Shown: piece by piece, positions 1-8,739 of the stretch
How positions within the stretch are numbered: position 1 is the first letter of the stretch
Layout: every line of letters begins with the position of its first letter
Source of the DNA: a virus
Lineage: Duplodnaviria; Caudoviricetes
IMG/VR virus record: IMGVR_UViG_3300025944_000001
Span: 659 to 64,658 of that record
DNA: 64,000 bases
Strand: one strand, 5' to 3'
Notes under the pieces: model-generated
Database searches by the model: none
Told to the model about the DNA's origin: nothing
Seen by the model: only the letters and a program-made list of their open reading frames with translations
Position numbers and translations under genes: made by a program

Positions 1-389
1 TCAGGTACGCGGCCGTTGGCATCAGGCTGCACGAGGTTGTTTTTGTCTTGCCGGAGCGACTGAATACCACCACCGCCCATTGGCATGCCGAGCATGCACT
101 CAATACCCTTACCACAATCCCATCGCTTGTCAGGCGCTAGTTGCCCGCTACGCTGCTGAATGTAGCTTACGATGGGAGACGTGCCCGTCGACGGCGTGGT
201 CGGTAGTTCCGCCACGGTCTTCCCCTGCGACGCTGCATACCGCGCCATGGCCGCGCTTTCGGCAGACGTGACGTCGCTACCGGCCGACGCTGGCGCGGTA
301 GTAGGCGTCGGCAAGTCGGCAACCGTCTTTCCCTGTGCTTTTGCGTAATTGTCCATCGCCGCAATCTCTTGCGGTGTGAGATCAGCCAT
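1..389 (-). CDS. N-terminal part of a large internal virion (ejection-like) protein; runs off the left edge
   Basis: ATG at 389 overlaps the stop of the 503-aa gene (TAATG coupling). Open to position 1: MADLTPQEIAAMDNYAKAQGKTVADLPT, with a second copy AMARYAASQGKTVAELPT. Missing from the ORF track because it has no stop in the window. Confidence 0.65.
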   Translation of the reverse strand, partial: MADLTPQEIAAMDNYAKAQGKTVADLPTPTTAPASAGSDVTSAESAAMARYAASQGKTVAELPTTPSTGTSPIVSYIQQRSGQLAPDKRWDCGKGIECMLGMPMGGGGIQSLRQDKNNLVQPDANGRVP

Positions 390-1900
390 TACTTTGCCCT
401 TCGGACTGCGACCCCATTCTTATAAAAGACACCGTTACTGTCCACGGTTAGGCCCGGTGCCCCCGGTACTGGCTTGTGGTCGCTTTGGGTGCCAACTGAC
501 GGGGCTTGCCCTGCTGCCAACCCGCCCATGCCACGAATGGCATTCAACTGCTTGTCTATCTGTGCGTTGCCCTGCTGCAAGCTCAGTTGTTCGTCAGCGA
601 AGCCCCGCAACTGCTCTGGCGTGTACGTCTGTGTAATCGGGTTCCCGTTCGCGTCCTTACCGGTCGTTATCGTCACCGCGTGTGTCTTCGGGTCGCGCGG
701 CGAATTGAGGATGAACCCGAGTTTCGACAGTTCCTTGAGGTTGGCTTGCTTCTTGGCGCTGATGGTCGAGTCGACCCCGAGAGCGCGGAGGACCGGGCCA
801 ACGTTCATGGAGTTGATTTTGGCCTCGTCCATTTGCGGCAAGTACTGCCGCACGAGATCGTGCAGGAGCGCGTTCGACGTGGCACTCTGCGCCTGTGCAC
901 CCATTAACTTTGCTCTTGGACCACCCGGCGCGGCGAGGGCCGCGAGGTTGGTGTCAAGTTTAATCCTCGCACGGTTCAGGTCCGGTATTGTGGCGAGGAT
1001 GGGTAAACGAGCCTCGTTGACCTTCGTCACACTCCCGAGCCGCGACACATCCGCCGCCGTCTTAATATCCGGCGTGTATGCGCCCGCGAGTACCGGCGAT
1101 ATCGGCGGTACCGTGCTCTGCCCGATCGTCGACGGGTCCGACGTCAACGGCAGGCCACGCAACCCCGCGAGCATCTGCGCTCGGCTGACCGGCCCCGCAA
1201 TCGCGTCCTGCTGCTGGCCGATCGGAGTGACGCCGGGGATTGGTATCTGTGGCGCGGTCGGGTCGCCCGCGTAGACGCCCTGAAGATACTGCGCCTGACT
1301 GGCGGCGTCGGGCCGTAGGCTCGCGTTCTTAAGCAGTCCCTCGACTGTTTTCACCCCAAGACTCGACGCCCGCGCATCGCTCAAGCCCGCTGCCGAGGTC
1401 GTCTTTTTGTTGTTCGCAAGCGTGGTTGGTCCAAGCAACGGGTTCGGGTCGATCGGCGCGGGCGCTACCGGGTTCCCGTCCGCTCCGGTCGGCGGCGTGT
1501 CATAATACTGAGAGGGAATAGCGAACGATGGATCGGACGGATTTTTGCCAAACGTGCGCAGCGTTACCGCTCGTGCTCGGTAATAGGCGTCAGGTGTCAA
1601 AAGCCCTTTCCCCATCTGAAAGTCGAGTGAGTTTAACCGTGTCGATAGTTCGTTATCGCCTTGGTTGCCGGTTCGAGCATCCCTGTCTTTGATGATCCCG
1701 TCCCAGTAACTCTCCTGTGCACTGTTGTGTCGCTGGCTCTCCAGGTCCTTCTGCTGTTGGAGGTTCAACAGCGCTTGCTGCCTCAACAAGTTGGCGGCGG
1801 CAGCGCGGCGTGAAATCAGCGTTTGCTGCCCCTGTAGGTAGCCCTGCCCGAGACTATTCAGTACGTCGGCGATGCCGCCGGTTTGAAGATTCTGGTCCAT
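389..1900 (-). CDS. Putative internal virion / DNA ejection protein (503 aa)
   Basis: Long Q/A/G-rich low-complexity ORF downstream of the tail genes, translationally coupled to neighbours; function inferred from position. Confidence 0.55.
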   Translation of the reverse strand: MDQNLQTGGIADVLNSLGQGYLQGQQTLISRRAAAANLLRQQALLNLQQQKDLESQRHNSAQESYWDGIIKDRDARTGNQGDNELSTRLNSLDFQMGKGLLTPDAYYRARAVTLRTFGKNPSDPSFAIPSQYYDTPPTGADGNPVAPAPIDPNPLLGPTTLANNKKTTSAAGLSDARASSLGVKTVEGLLKNASLRPDAASQAQYLQGVYAGDPTAPQIPIPGVTPIGQQQDAIAGPVSRAQMLAGLRGLPLTSDPSTIGQSTVPPISPVLAGAYTPDIKTAADVSRLGSVTKVNEARLPILATIPDLNRARIKLDTNLAALAAPGGPRAKLMGAQAQSATSNALLHDLVRQYLPQMDEAKINSMNVGPVLRALGVDSTISAKKQANLKELSKLGFILNSPRDPKTHAVTITTGKDANGNPITQTYTPEQLRGFADEQLSLQQGNAQIDKQLNAIRGMGGLAAGQAPSVGTQSDHKPVPGAPGLTVDSNGVFYKNGVAVRRAK

Positions 1901-2799
1901 TAGGAAGCCCCCTGCCCGCCACCGTAGTACGGCGTGTAGCCACCGACCGAGTTCTGGAACGGGTCACGCCAGTCGACGGACTCTGAACCGCCAAACATAT
2001 TCGCTACCGGCGCACCCGTCGCGTCGTAGCCACCCATGAGCGGATTGGTATTACCGTAACCGCCGTACTGCCCCTGGTACGTGTTCATGAACGCGTCAGG
2101 GTCGCCTCCGTAGCTACTGCCGCCAGCCTGCGCAGGTTGCCCGCCACCGCCGCGTGTCATACCATAGATCGACGCGGCGGTACCGGCGAGGCCCGCGATA
2201 GACTTCCACGGGTTGTTGGCGTCCGATCGCGCGTAGTCACGTGCCGACTGCGACAGGTACGCCCCGCCAAGGCCCATGCGACCCTGTGCGGCCGCGCTGA
2301 CGCCCTGGAAGCCTCGCCCGTACTCCGTGTTCGCGAGGTCGCCGTAGATACCCGCCGCCGCCTGCTGTCGACGAAGCAGGGCATTGGGCGACTGGTACTC
2401 GTTGTAGTAGTTCGACGCGTTACCCGCCTGCGTCGACGCCAGTCCGTTGTCGAGTGCGCCGAGCGTGCCGCCGAGTACCGACGACTCCGAACCCTGGCTA
2501 TTCGCCGTGTCGAGTCCACGGTTCGCCGCGTCCTGCGTGGCACGTGCCTTCGCGCGAAGGTACGCGTCCATAGCCCCGCCGTTGGCACCCGCGAGGTACT
2601 GAGCGCGGTCCTGAGACGTCGGGTTGCGCAGGAGTTGACTCGCAACGCCCTGTTCGGCGTTGCGGTAGGCGCTGTTGTCCTGTCCGTAGTAGGAAAAGTT
2701 TTGGTTGCCGACATTCCCGAGAGTGTTGTAGTCGGAACCGGCTTGGCCGTAATAATTTAGGCCGGTATTCTTCTCGCCGGATGCGCCGTAATCGCTCAT
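1900..2799 (-). CDS. Putative internal virion / pilot protein, Gly/Tyr-rich (299 aa)
   Basis: G/A/Y/N-rich, with a KSIAGLAGTAASIYG-type hydrophobic segment typical of podophage ejection proteins; function inferred from position. Confidence 0.55.
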   Translation of the reverse strand: MSDYGASGEKNTGLNYYGQAGSDYNTLGNVGNQNFSYYGQDNSAYRNAEQGVASQLLRNPTSQDRAQYLAGANGGAMDAYLRAKARATQDAANRGLDTANSQGSESSVLGGTLGALDNGLASTQAGNASNYYNEYQSPNALLRRQQAAAGIYGDLANTEYGRGFQGVSAAAQGRMGLGGAYLSQSARDYARSDANNPWKSIAGLAGTAASIYGMTRGGGGQPAQAGGSSYGGDPDAFMNTYQGQYGGYGNTNPLMGGYDATGAPVANMFGGSESVDWRDPFQNSVGGYTPYYGGGQGAS

Positions 2800-2816
2800 G
2801 ATTGCCTCGCTGTGTC

Positions 2817-2852
2817 AAAGAAAAAGACGCCCCCGCCGAAGCGGTGCGTCTT
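2817..2852 (-). terminator. Intrinsic terminator
   Basis: Minus strand reads AAGACGCACCGC-TTCG-GCGGGGGCGTCTT then TTTCTTT: GC stem, UUCG loop and U tract. Confidence 0.7.
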
Positions 2853-2880
2853 GTGATCGAAAAAGGGTTGTGATTGCCGT

Positions 2881-3219
2881 TTACAAGCAGTGCGCGGTAT
2901 ACGAGCAAGCACCTGGCTCGCCGTCTGGAATTGGCGAGCCTAGAATCATATGCGCCAAGAACATCCCGACTAGGACGCCGAACAGGACGGCGGGAACGAA
3001 TGTAACCAGTGCCTCGCCCGCACAGTGCGCCATTGAGATCCTGCGGTCGGGTTCTCTGTCAGAAACATTATCGGCTAAAACCAATAGATAAAGCGCCAGT
3101 ATAACGTAGCCTGCTGCTGTCTCTGACATGTGAGCGACGAAGCCCGCGACGGTGGCTATCGCAAGGAATACCATCGCCCTATACTTGCGCCATATAAATT
3201 GTTTGTCTCGTGCATCCAT
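2881..3219 (-). CDS. Small membrane protein (112 aa, about 3 TM segments)
   Basis: Three hydrophobic stretches; AT-richer than flanking genes. Confidence 0.6.
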   Translation of the reverse strand: MDARDKQFIWRKYRAMVFLAIATVAGFVAHMSETAAGYVILALYLLVLADNVSDREPDRRISMAHCAGEALVTFVPAVLFGVLVGMFLAHMILGSPIPDGEPGACSYTAHCL

Positions 3220-3264
3220 TTACTTTATGGACACGCGGATTCGACAACGGTTGCGCAGACTCCT

Positions 3265-5304
3265 CTATCCAGGGCAGTCTTCGGGAACGTAAGTGTCGTC
3301 AGGCGGTGTACTCGCCGTCCACGTAGTCGTAGGCGGCGTCGACGCCCGAAACGTCGAAGCGGGTACGGAGGGCGCCGAAGCAGTCGACGCTGGCACAGGA
3401 GACGGTGTAAACGTGTTCGTCGGCGCGGTCGATGGCGTCCACTCGCCTTGACAGCACGTCGCCGTCGCACTCTGTTCTGCCGCAAGCGTGCCCTCGCCGC
3501 AGTCGTTGGTGAACGACACCCTGTAAAAATACTGCGTGCCGCTCATCAGTCCCGAGTTCGTGTACGAACCGGTCGCCACAGCGAGGCCGGATACGAGCAG
3601 TGTCTCGCTCCCGGCTGTCGTGCCCCGGTAGATGTTGACAGTCACGGTTCCGTAGGAGCCGGTCGGCACTGTCCATCCGACGATTATGCGCGTGCCTTTT
3701 GCCGTTAGCGAAAATGTCGGCGTCGGCGCAAGAGCGTTTACCGTAACCGTCATTGTCGCCGTGGCGGTCCCGCTCGTGTTCGTGGCGGTAATCGTGTACG
3801 TCGTAGTCGTCGACGGTGATACCGAGGTCGACCCACTTGTACTGACCGACCCGATGCCGTTGTCGATGCTGACCGACGCCGCCCCGGTCGTCGTCCAGGT
3901 GAGCGTCGACGAGGAGCCGATACAGACCGTTGACGGCGTGGCCGTGAAGCTGTCGACGGTGGGCGGCAGGACCGTGACGGTGACGCTGGCCGTGGCGTCC
4001 GTGAAGCCGTCTGCGGATGCGGTCAACGTGTACGTGGTGGTCGATGTCGGGTTGACGGTCGCGGTGCCGCTCGTGTTCGATGCGGTGCTGAACAGTGAGC
4101 CGACGCCGTTGTCAATCGACGCCGACGTGCCTATCGCGCTCCACGAGAGCGTGACCGACGCCCCGCGCACGACCGAAGTCGACGACGCGCCGAGCGAGGC
4201 CGACGGCGACGGGCCGACGAGTCGCCATGTAGGGTTCGGGCTACCTGCGGTATTGTCAATATAGGAAATATCGTAATAGTAGACCCCAATTGGCTTGCCG
4301 CCTACATGGCAGTAAGGTGTCGAATATCCGGTGTTAGCAGCCTCGCAAGTCGCCTGGTCTACGTAACCCCACGCGCCAGGATTTGGACTACCGATAGGGC
4401 CGGGATTAGTGGTATATACGTCATTACCTGAACCATCTGTTGGGCCATCTGTGATATGGTAGCCGGATTGTGGCGGTGCAAATATCGAGTCGCGAAAGTT
4501 AACACTCCAAAGAAAAACGGCAGGGTCAACCCCGCCTCGCAACGCACCTTGAACGTACTCAACATAGTAACGACCCGCAGGAAGGTTGTCGCCGCTGCTG
4601 AATAATGACGCTGCAAGGGAAGTAATCGAGGGTGTAACCTTATCGGAGCCAGACCCACCAGTGTGTGTCGCCTTAGAAACAGTCACCTGCGCGGTAACCG
4701 TTCCGGCTGTTGACGTGGCGGTCAAAGTCCACGTTTGCGACCCTGAGAGGACTGTAACCGACGTCGACCCCGACGCGGCCACACTGCCGATGCCTTGGTC
4801 GATAGACACAGACGTAATCAGTGTCGAGTCAGGACCGACCGACCACGCGAGTGTGTAGACCCCGCACGGGCCATTAGTGGGCGTTGCGGTGAATGTGATG
4901 ACGGGTAGGGCTGACAGGCTGAACGTCGGATTCGTCGTGCCATTTACGTTGTCGTCGTATCTGCCATCGTTTAAATACAGTCCAATCTTGCCGCCGACGT
5001 GCTGGTAGTCGACATAAAGGCCACTATTCCCTGCTTCTGCTAATGCCTGAGTTCGATAGCCTGTTCGGTTGCCGGGACCGAAGACTACATTGCCAGCACC
5101 ATCCGTAATGTAGAAACCATGCAAGTTACCAATCTGGACATCGTTGTCGTCATATTGAACCCCCCAATTCGGGGAGTTCGTGTTGATCTTGTACGCGCCA
5201 GACTGATACGTGATTCGGTACGTGCCCGCAGAGTAGTTCGCGCCGTTATTGAAGTAGGATGCGGCATCGGAATATATATCTGGAGTGACGGTTGGATCTG
5301 GCAT
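3265..5304 (-). CDS. Virion surface adhesin/fibre with a duplicated unknown domain, three Ig-like repeats, an FN3 domain and a P/S/T-rich tail (679 aa)
   Basis: Repeats such as FTATP..SSTLTWTTTGAASVSIDNGIGSVSTSGSTSVSPSTTTTYTITAT; FN3-like segment IVGWT..YGTVTVNIYRGT..YTNSGLMSGTQYFYRVSFTN. Confidence 0.7.
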   Translation of the reverse strand: MPDPTVTPDIYSDAASYFNNGANYSAGTYRITYQSGAYKINTNSPNWGVQYDDNDVQIGNLHGFYITDGAGNVVFGPGNRTGYRTQALAEAGNSGLYVDYQHVGGKIGLYLNDGRYDDNVNGTTNPTFSLSALPVITFTATPTNGPCGVYTLAWSVGPDSTLITSVSIDQGIGSVAASGSTSVTVLSGSQTWTLTATSTAGTVTAQVTVSKATHTGGSGSDKVTPSITSLAASLFSSGDNLPAGRYYVEYVQGALRGGVDPAVFLWSVNFRDSIFAPPQSGYHITDGPTDGSGNDVYTTNPGPIGSPNPGAWGYVDQATCEAANTGYSTPYCHVGGKPIGVYYYDISYIDNTAGSPNPTWRLVGPSPSASLGASSTSVVRGASVTLSWSAIGTSASIDNGVGSLFSTASNTSGTATVNPTSTTTYTLTASADGFTDATASVTVTVLPPTVDSFTATPSTVCIGSSSTLTWTTTGAASVSIDNGIGSVSTSGSTSVSPSTTTTYTITATNTSGTATATMTVTVNALAPTPTFSLTAKGTRIIVGWTVPTGSYGTVTVNIYRGTTAGSETLLVSGLAVATGSYTNSGLMSGTQYFYRVSFTNDCGEGTLAAEQSATATCCQGEWTPSTAPTNTFTPSPVPASTASAPSVPASTFRASTPPTTTWTASTPPDDTYVPEDCPG

Positions 5305-5316
5305 TTATGCAACCAA

Positions 5317-5346
5317 TTGACGGGTTCAGTGGTCTTACCGTATAAT
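5317..5346 (+). promoter_or_regulatory. Sigma70-type promoter of the acyltransferase moron
   Basis: TTGACG (5317-5322), 18 nt, TATAAT (5341-5346). The -10 box covers the ORF-track ATG, so the real start is probably ATG 5357. Confidence 0.65.
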
Positions 5347-5356
5347 GAATCTCACC

Positions 5357-6346
5357 ATGAAGGCGAACACGAATAACGATCCGCCACAAGTCGTTTGGTC
5401 AATCCTTGCCGTAATGCGGCTTTGCCTTGCATCCGTTGTTATGGTCGGCCACATGGCATTCTTTTATGCGATACCCGTAGGTACGTTGCGCTTTCTGTCG
5501 TCCCTTAACGGATCATATGCCGTTCTATGGTTCCTTGCAATAAGCGGATTTTCAATCGCGCATAGCCACACGAAAAACCCTGACGGATATTATGCCCGCC
5601 GATGTTGGCGCATCCTTCCAGTCTACGGCGCATGCGTGGCAGTTGCGTTGGTTCCCTACTTGTTCTCATTTGATATTTCGCAAGCATACGGCGGCTCGAC
5701 CGTAACTCATGCTAAGTTTTGGTCTACTTTGCTAGCGGCTTTTACGTTTAGCTTGAGCGGACACGTTGACACGGACGGGCCGATATGGTCACTTGGAGTT
5801 GAGGTGCTTTGGTATGCTCTCACCCCTCTACTTGCTCGTAGCCGTATCATCATTGTGACTTTAATGGTTGGGTCCTTCGCAATGTTTCACTGGACTGGTT
5901 GGCCGTCTACCACATGGTCTATTGGTGGAAATGCAACGTTAAGTGCTATCCCGATGGTTTCATGGGCGTGGCTCGCCGGGTTTTGCCTGTACCATGCCTG
6001 TAAGCGTTGGCCGACATTCAGTTTTTCTGGCAGAGTAGCAAAAACTGCTCAATGGTGCGGCGATATTAGCTATCCCGTTTATTTAGTCCACATGCCAGTG
6101 TTATGGTTGCTAAATGCCATTGGGTTCCCTATGAGCGCGTACACGGCTTTAATATTTGTGATCGTGTCGTCCGCTACAGTCTTCCATCTAGTCGACCTCC
6201 CGAGCCGTCGGCTACGAAAAGTTATGGGGTCGCGCCATTCAAAAAAATCTGACCAGACAGGGTTGCACGCATCACTGGCGTGTAAGCCTGCGGGCAAAGC
6301 TTCCCTTGTGAATGCAAAGCTTGAATCTGAGCCAAGGAAAACGTAA
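5357..6346 (+). CDS. Acyltransferase family 3 (OafA/Oac-like membrane O-acetyltransferase)
   Basis: AT3 motifs present: MRLCLASVVMVGH, FLAISGF, RRCWRILP, WSLGVEVLWY, GDISYPVYLVH. Multi-TM, opposite strand and AT-richer than neighbours. Confidence 0.85.
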   Translation: MKANTNNDPPQVVWSILAVMRLCLASVVMVGHMAFFYAIPVGTLRFLSSLNGSYAVLWFLAISGFSIAHSHTKNPDGYYARRCWRILPVYGACVAVALVPYLFSFDISQAYGGSTVTHAKFWSTLLAAFTFSLSGHVDTDGPIWSLGVEVLWYALTPLLARSRIIIVTLMVGSFAMFHWTGWPSTTWSIGGNATLSAIPMVSWAWLAGFCLYHACKRWPTFSFSGRVAKTAQWCGDISYPVYLVHMPVLWLLNAIGFPMSAYTALIFVIVSSATVFHLVDLPSRRLRKVMGSRHSKKSDQTGLHASLACKPAGKASLVNAKLESEPRKT

Positions 6347-6569
6347 GAGCCGGCTTGTTCGTAATCGGCTGGTTACAGCCTGGGCATACAACTGATACGG
6401 TTACCCCTGTGGGTGTGCCGTTCAAAACTGTCTGCATAACCACGCTGTCAAACGGATTAACCTGCCCCGCCCAAGGGCAAGTGTAGACCGCGCCAGTTAT
6501 TGGGTTGACCGTTTGCTGCGCACAAGACACGGCTATTTGTGTGAACCCGAATCCTGCTGTGGTAATCAT
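6222..6569 (-). CDS. Hypothetical tail-associated protein (115 aa, Cys-containing)
   Basis: Directly follows the 718-aa fibre gene with a GGAG RBS; its 3' end overlaps the acyltransferase 3' end antiparallel. Confidence 0.5.
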   Translation of the reverse strand: MITTAGFGFTQIAVSCAQQTVNPITGAVYTCPWAGQVNPFDSVVMQTVLNGTPTGVTVSVVCPGCNQPITNKPALTFSLAQIQALHSQGKLCPQAYTPVMRATLSGQIFLNGATP

Positions 6570-6582
6570 TTCCGTCTCCGTT

Positions 6583-8739
6583 TTACGTTTGGTTGATCCA
6601 TGAATTGTTAGCTCCGGCCGTATTCAACGCGGGGCTGTAGGCAGTTGTCGCCTTCCAATTCTGAGAACCGTTTGTAATTGGTATATTAGTCCTAATCGCT
6701 GACATGAACGATGCAACATAACCCGTGCCACAATTAAAGGTTGCCGCCATAATGGTTGCGGAGTTGTTTGCTCCAGTGTTCGATATCATTGAAAAGTTCC
6801 GCGTTAGGAAGCCGAAGTTGGAGCAATTTAGGCACTGCTGGTTCTGGCCGTTAATGAATGATCGGTTCTGTGCGTGGAACGCGGCACCGTTATTCGCTGA
6901 CGCTGCATTGTCGCCCTGCGTAGTCGTCATTGTCGTATAGGTCGTATTGTCCGCGATGAAGCACCCTTGGAAGCTGCTCACCACAACATTAGTAACCGTG
7001 GAATTGTTGCAATTCGACTGGTAGAGGCCGAATCCTGCGACACTCGATGATGTGAAATTGCTGTTCGAGTTACCGTACATGTAGAAGTTTTGGAACGTAA
7101 ACCCAGGTGTGTTCGCTATGTTGATCGCTGCTGTGGTCAGCGTCGAAGCCCAAGACAACGCGCATGGGAACGCTGCCGCAACTGGATTCGCAGTCGGCGG
7201 TGAAGCGGATCCCGAAGCGAATGCGCTCACGACCAAGCCGCCCGCGATAGTCCCTGTCGTCGCCTGAACGTGAAACGTAGACGCCGCGCCGTTAAGCGAC
7301 GTGCTCATATAGACATTAAGAGATGTCGCACCGGTCGGCAGCGTTATACCACCGATATTCATCTTGTGGTTCAACGTTGCCGCGAACGAGATGATAGGCC
7401 CCATCTGCGTCTCTTGCGTAGCGCCTCCCGCTGAGTACGTGTACGTAAGGCCGATGTAGTATGTCGTTCCGGTCAGCGTGCCACCGGTACCACCATCCGT
7501 CAACGTCGCATAGATCTGCGGAACAGTCAGCGTAGACGATGAGCCCTGAATAGTCACATTAGGCCCAATATTGGGCATTTGCATTGAGATCGCCGTCGTG
7601 CCATAGCCATAATCGACTGTGAAGACGTCGGCGGCTGCCGGTGTCGACGAGAGCCCTGTCGATCCCCCGCCGTTGTCAGAGGTGTAAGTGTAAACGCCTG
7701 CCACAGGACCGGTCACCACCGTAACACGGCACGATTTTCCGCTATTGCCTGCCGTGCCGCTTGAGTAAAGCAGAGTGGTACCTACCGACAATTGACTCGT
7801 CGACGTCCACGATGTTGTCGACGCTCCGGTGTTGATCGTGATCGTCCCGTTGTTGGCCACCTGTATGACGATTGTAGCCGTCGACGGTGAAGCCGCACCG
7901 ACAGCGTTTTTAACAAAGTTGATAGCCTGCTGGATACCAGCAGGATCAGTCCCGGCCGTCCCCGCGAACCGCTGCCCGCTTCCGCAGTTGAGCGTAATCG
8001 AAACCCGGAGGTACCAGAGTTCCCAGTTGGTGCCGCTATCAGAAGTAGGATCATGGTTTTGTGTCGACGTCAACGCCCGATAAAGGTTGCCGTCGCTCCC
8101 GAAAACGATAGACTGACTGGCCGTGTAGGTCGTAGAACTATCCCATGTAGCGAAGCCGCTTGTTGTTGTTCCGCTTACCGATGCCCATGTACCCGCACCA
8201 CTCCAAAAGGTTGAGGCCGTCGCACCTGTACCGGAGTTCAGGTTTGCGACAGGGAGGTTGCCTGATACCCCGCTCGCTAATGGGACTTGCCCCCACTGCG
8301 GGTTATTACTCGTGCCGGTGTTGAGCAATACATGCGTGGCGGTAGTCGATTTTGCGAGTCGCGATATTACCCCTGTAGCGCTGATATAATAGATATCCCC
8401 CTGCGCAGCGGACGCTTGGCTTGACCCGAATCCACCTTTCGATGTCGGTACGACCCCGAGCGCGTGCGAGTGGTCGGCCCGTGCCGCCTGATTCGACCCG
8501 CCCGACGCCGAGGTAGACGTTCCGGTCACGTCGGGAGGGGGATTCCCGCTCAGTGCTACATTGCTCGACACCGGCACCACAACAGGCGTACTGACCTGTG
8601 ACGTGGCGGCATTGTTGACCTTGCCGCCCGTGGTCGTGACAACGGTCTTCTGCCCCGCCGTCGCGGCCGTCATGTTGCGGCGAATTGCGTTGGCCCGGTC
8701 AATCGCGTTGTCACCGGGCTTGTAGATTTCCTTACCCAT
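6583..8739 (-). CDS. Tail fibre/spike with a CBM5/12-like module and a C-terminal beta-helix-like region (718 aa)
   Basis: WDSSTTYTASQSIVFGSDGNLYRALTSTQNHDPTSDSGTNWE resembles ChiC-type carbohydrate-binding modules; N/S/T-rich C-terminus resembles pectin-lyase-like coils. Confidence 0.65.
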   Translation of the reverse strand: MGKEIYKPGDNAIDRANAIRRNMTAATAGQKTVVTTTGGKVNNAATSQVSTPVVVPVSSNVALSGNPPPDVTGTSTSASGGSNQAARADHSHALGVVPTSKGGFGSSQASAAQGDIYYISATGVISRLAKSTTATHVLLNTGTSNNPQWGQVPLASGVSGNLPVANLNSGTGATASTFWSGAGTWASVSGTTTSGFATWDSSTTYTASQSIVFGSDGNLYRALTSTQNHDPTSDSGTNWELWYLRVSITLNCGSGQRFAGTAGTDPAGIQQAINFVKNAVGAASPSTATIVIQVANNGTITINTGASTTSWTSTSQLSVGTTLLYSSGTAGNSGKSCRVTVVTGPVAGVYTYTSDNGGGSTGLSSTPAAADVFTVDYGYGTTAISMQMPNIGPNVTIQGSSSTLTVPQIYATLTDGGTGGTLTGTTYYIGLTYTYSAGGATQETQMGPIISFAATLNHKMNIGGITLPTGATSLNVYMSTSLNGAASTFHVQATTGTIAGGLVVSAFASGSASPPTANPVAAAFPCALSWASTLTTAAINIANTPGFTFQNFYMYGNSNSNFTSSSVAGFGLYQSNCNNSTVTNVVVSSFQGCFIADNTTYTTMTTTQGDNAASANNGAAFHAQNRSFINGQNQQCLNCSNFGFLTRNFSMISNTGANNSATIMAATFNCGTGYVASFMSAIRTNIPITNGSQNWKATTAYSPALNTAGANNSWINQT

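Noticed and set aside
474-2760. Long plus-strand ORFs such as 474-1274, 2137-2760, 20492-21280 and 24644-25465
   Set aside because: Shadow frames of GC-rich minus-strand genes: Arg/Ser/Pro-rich or antisense-biased, without RBS and fully overlapping better-supported genes.
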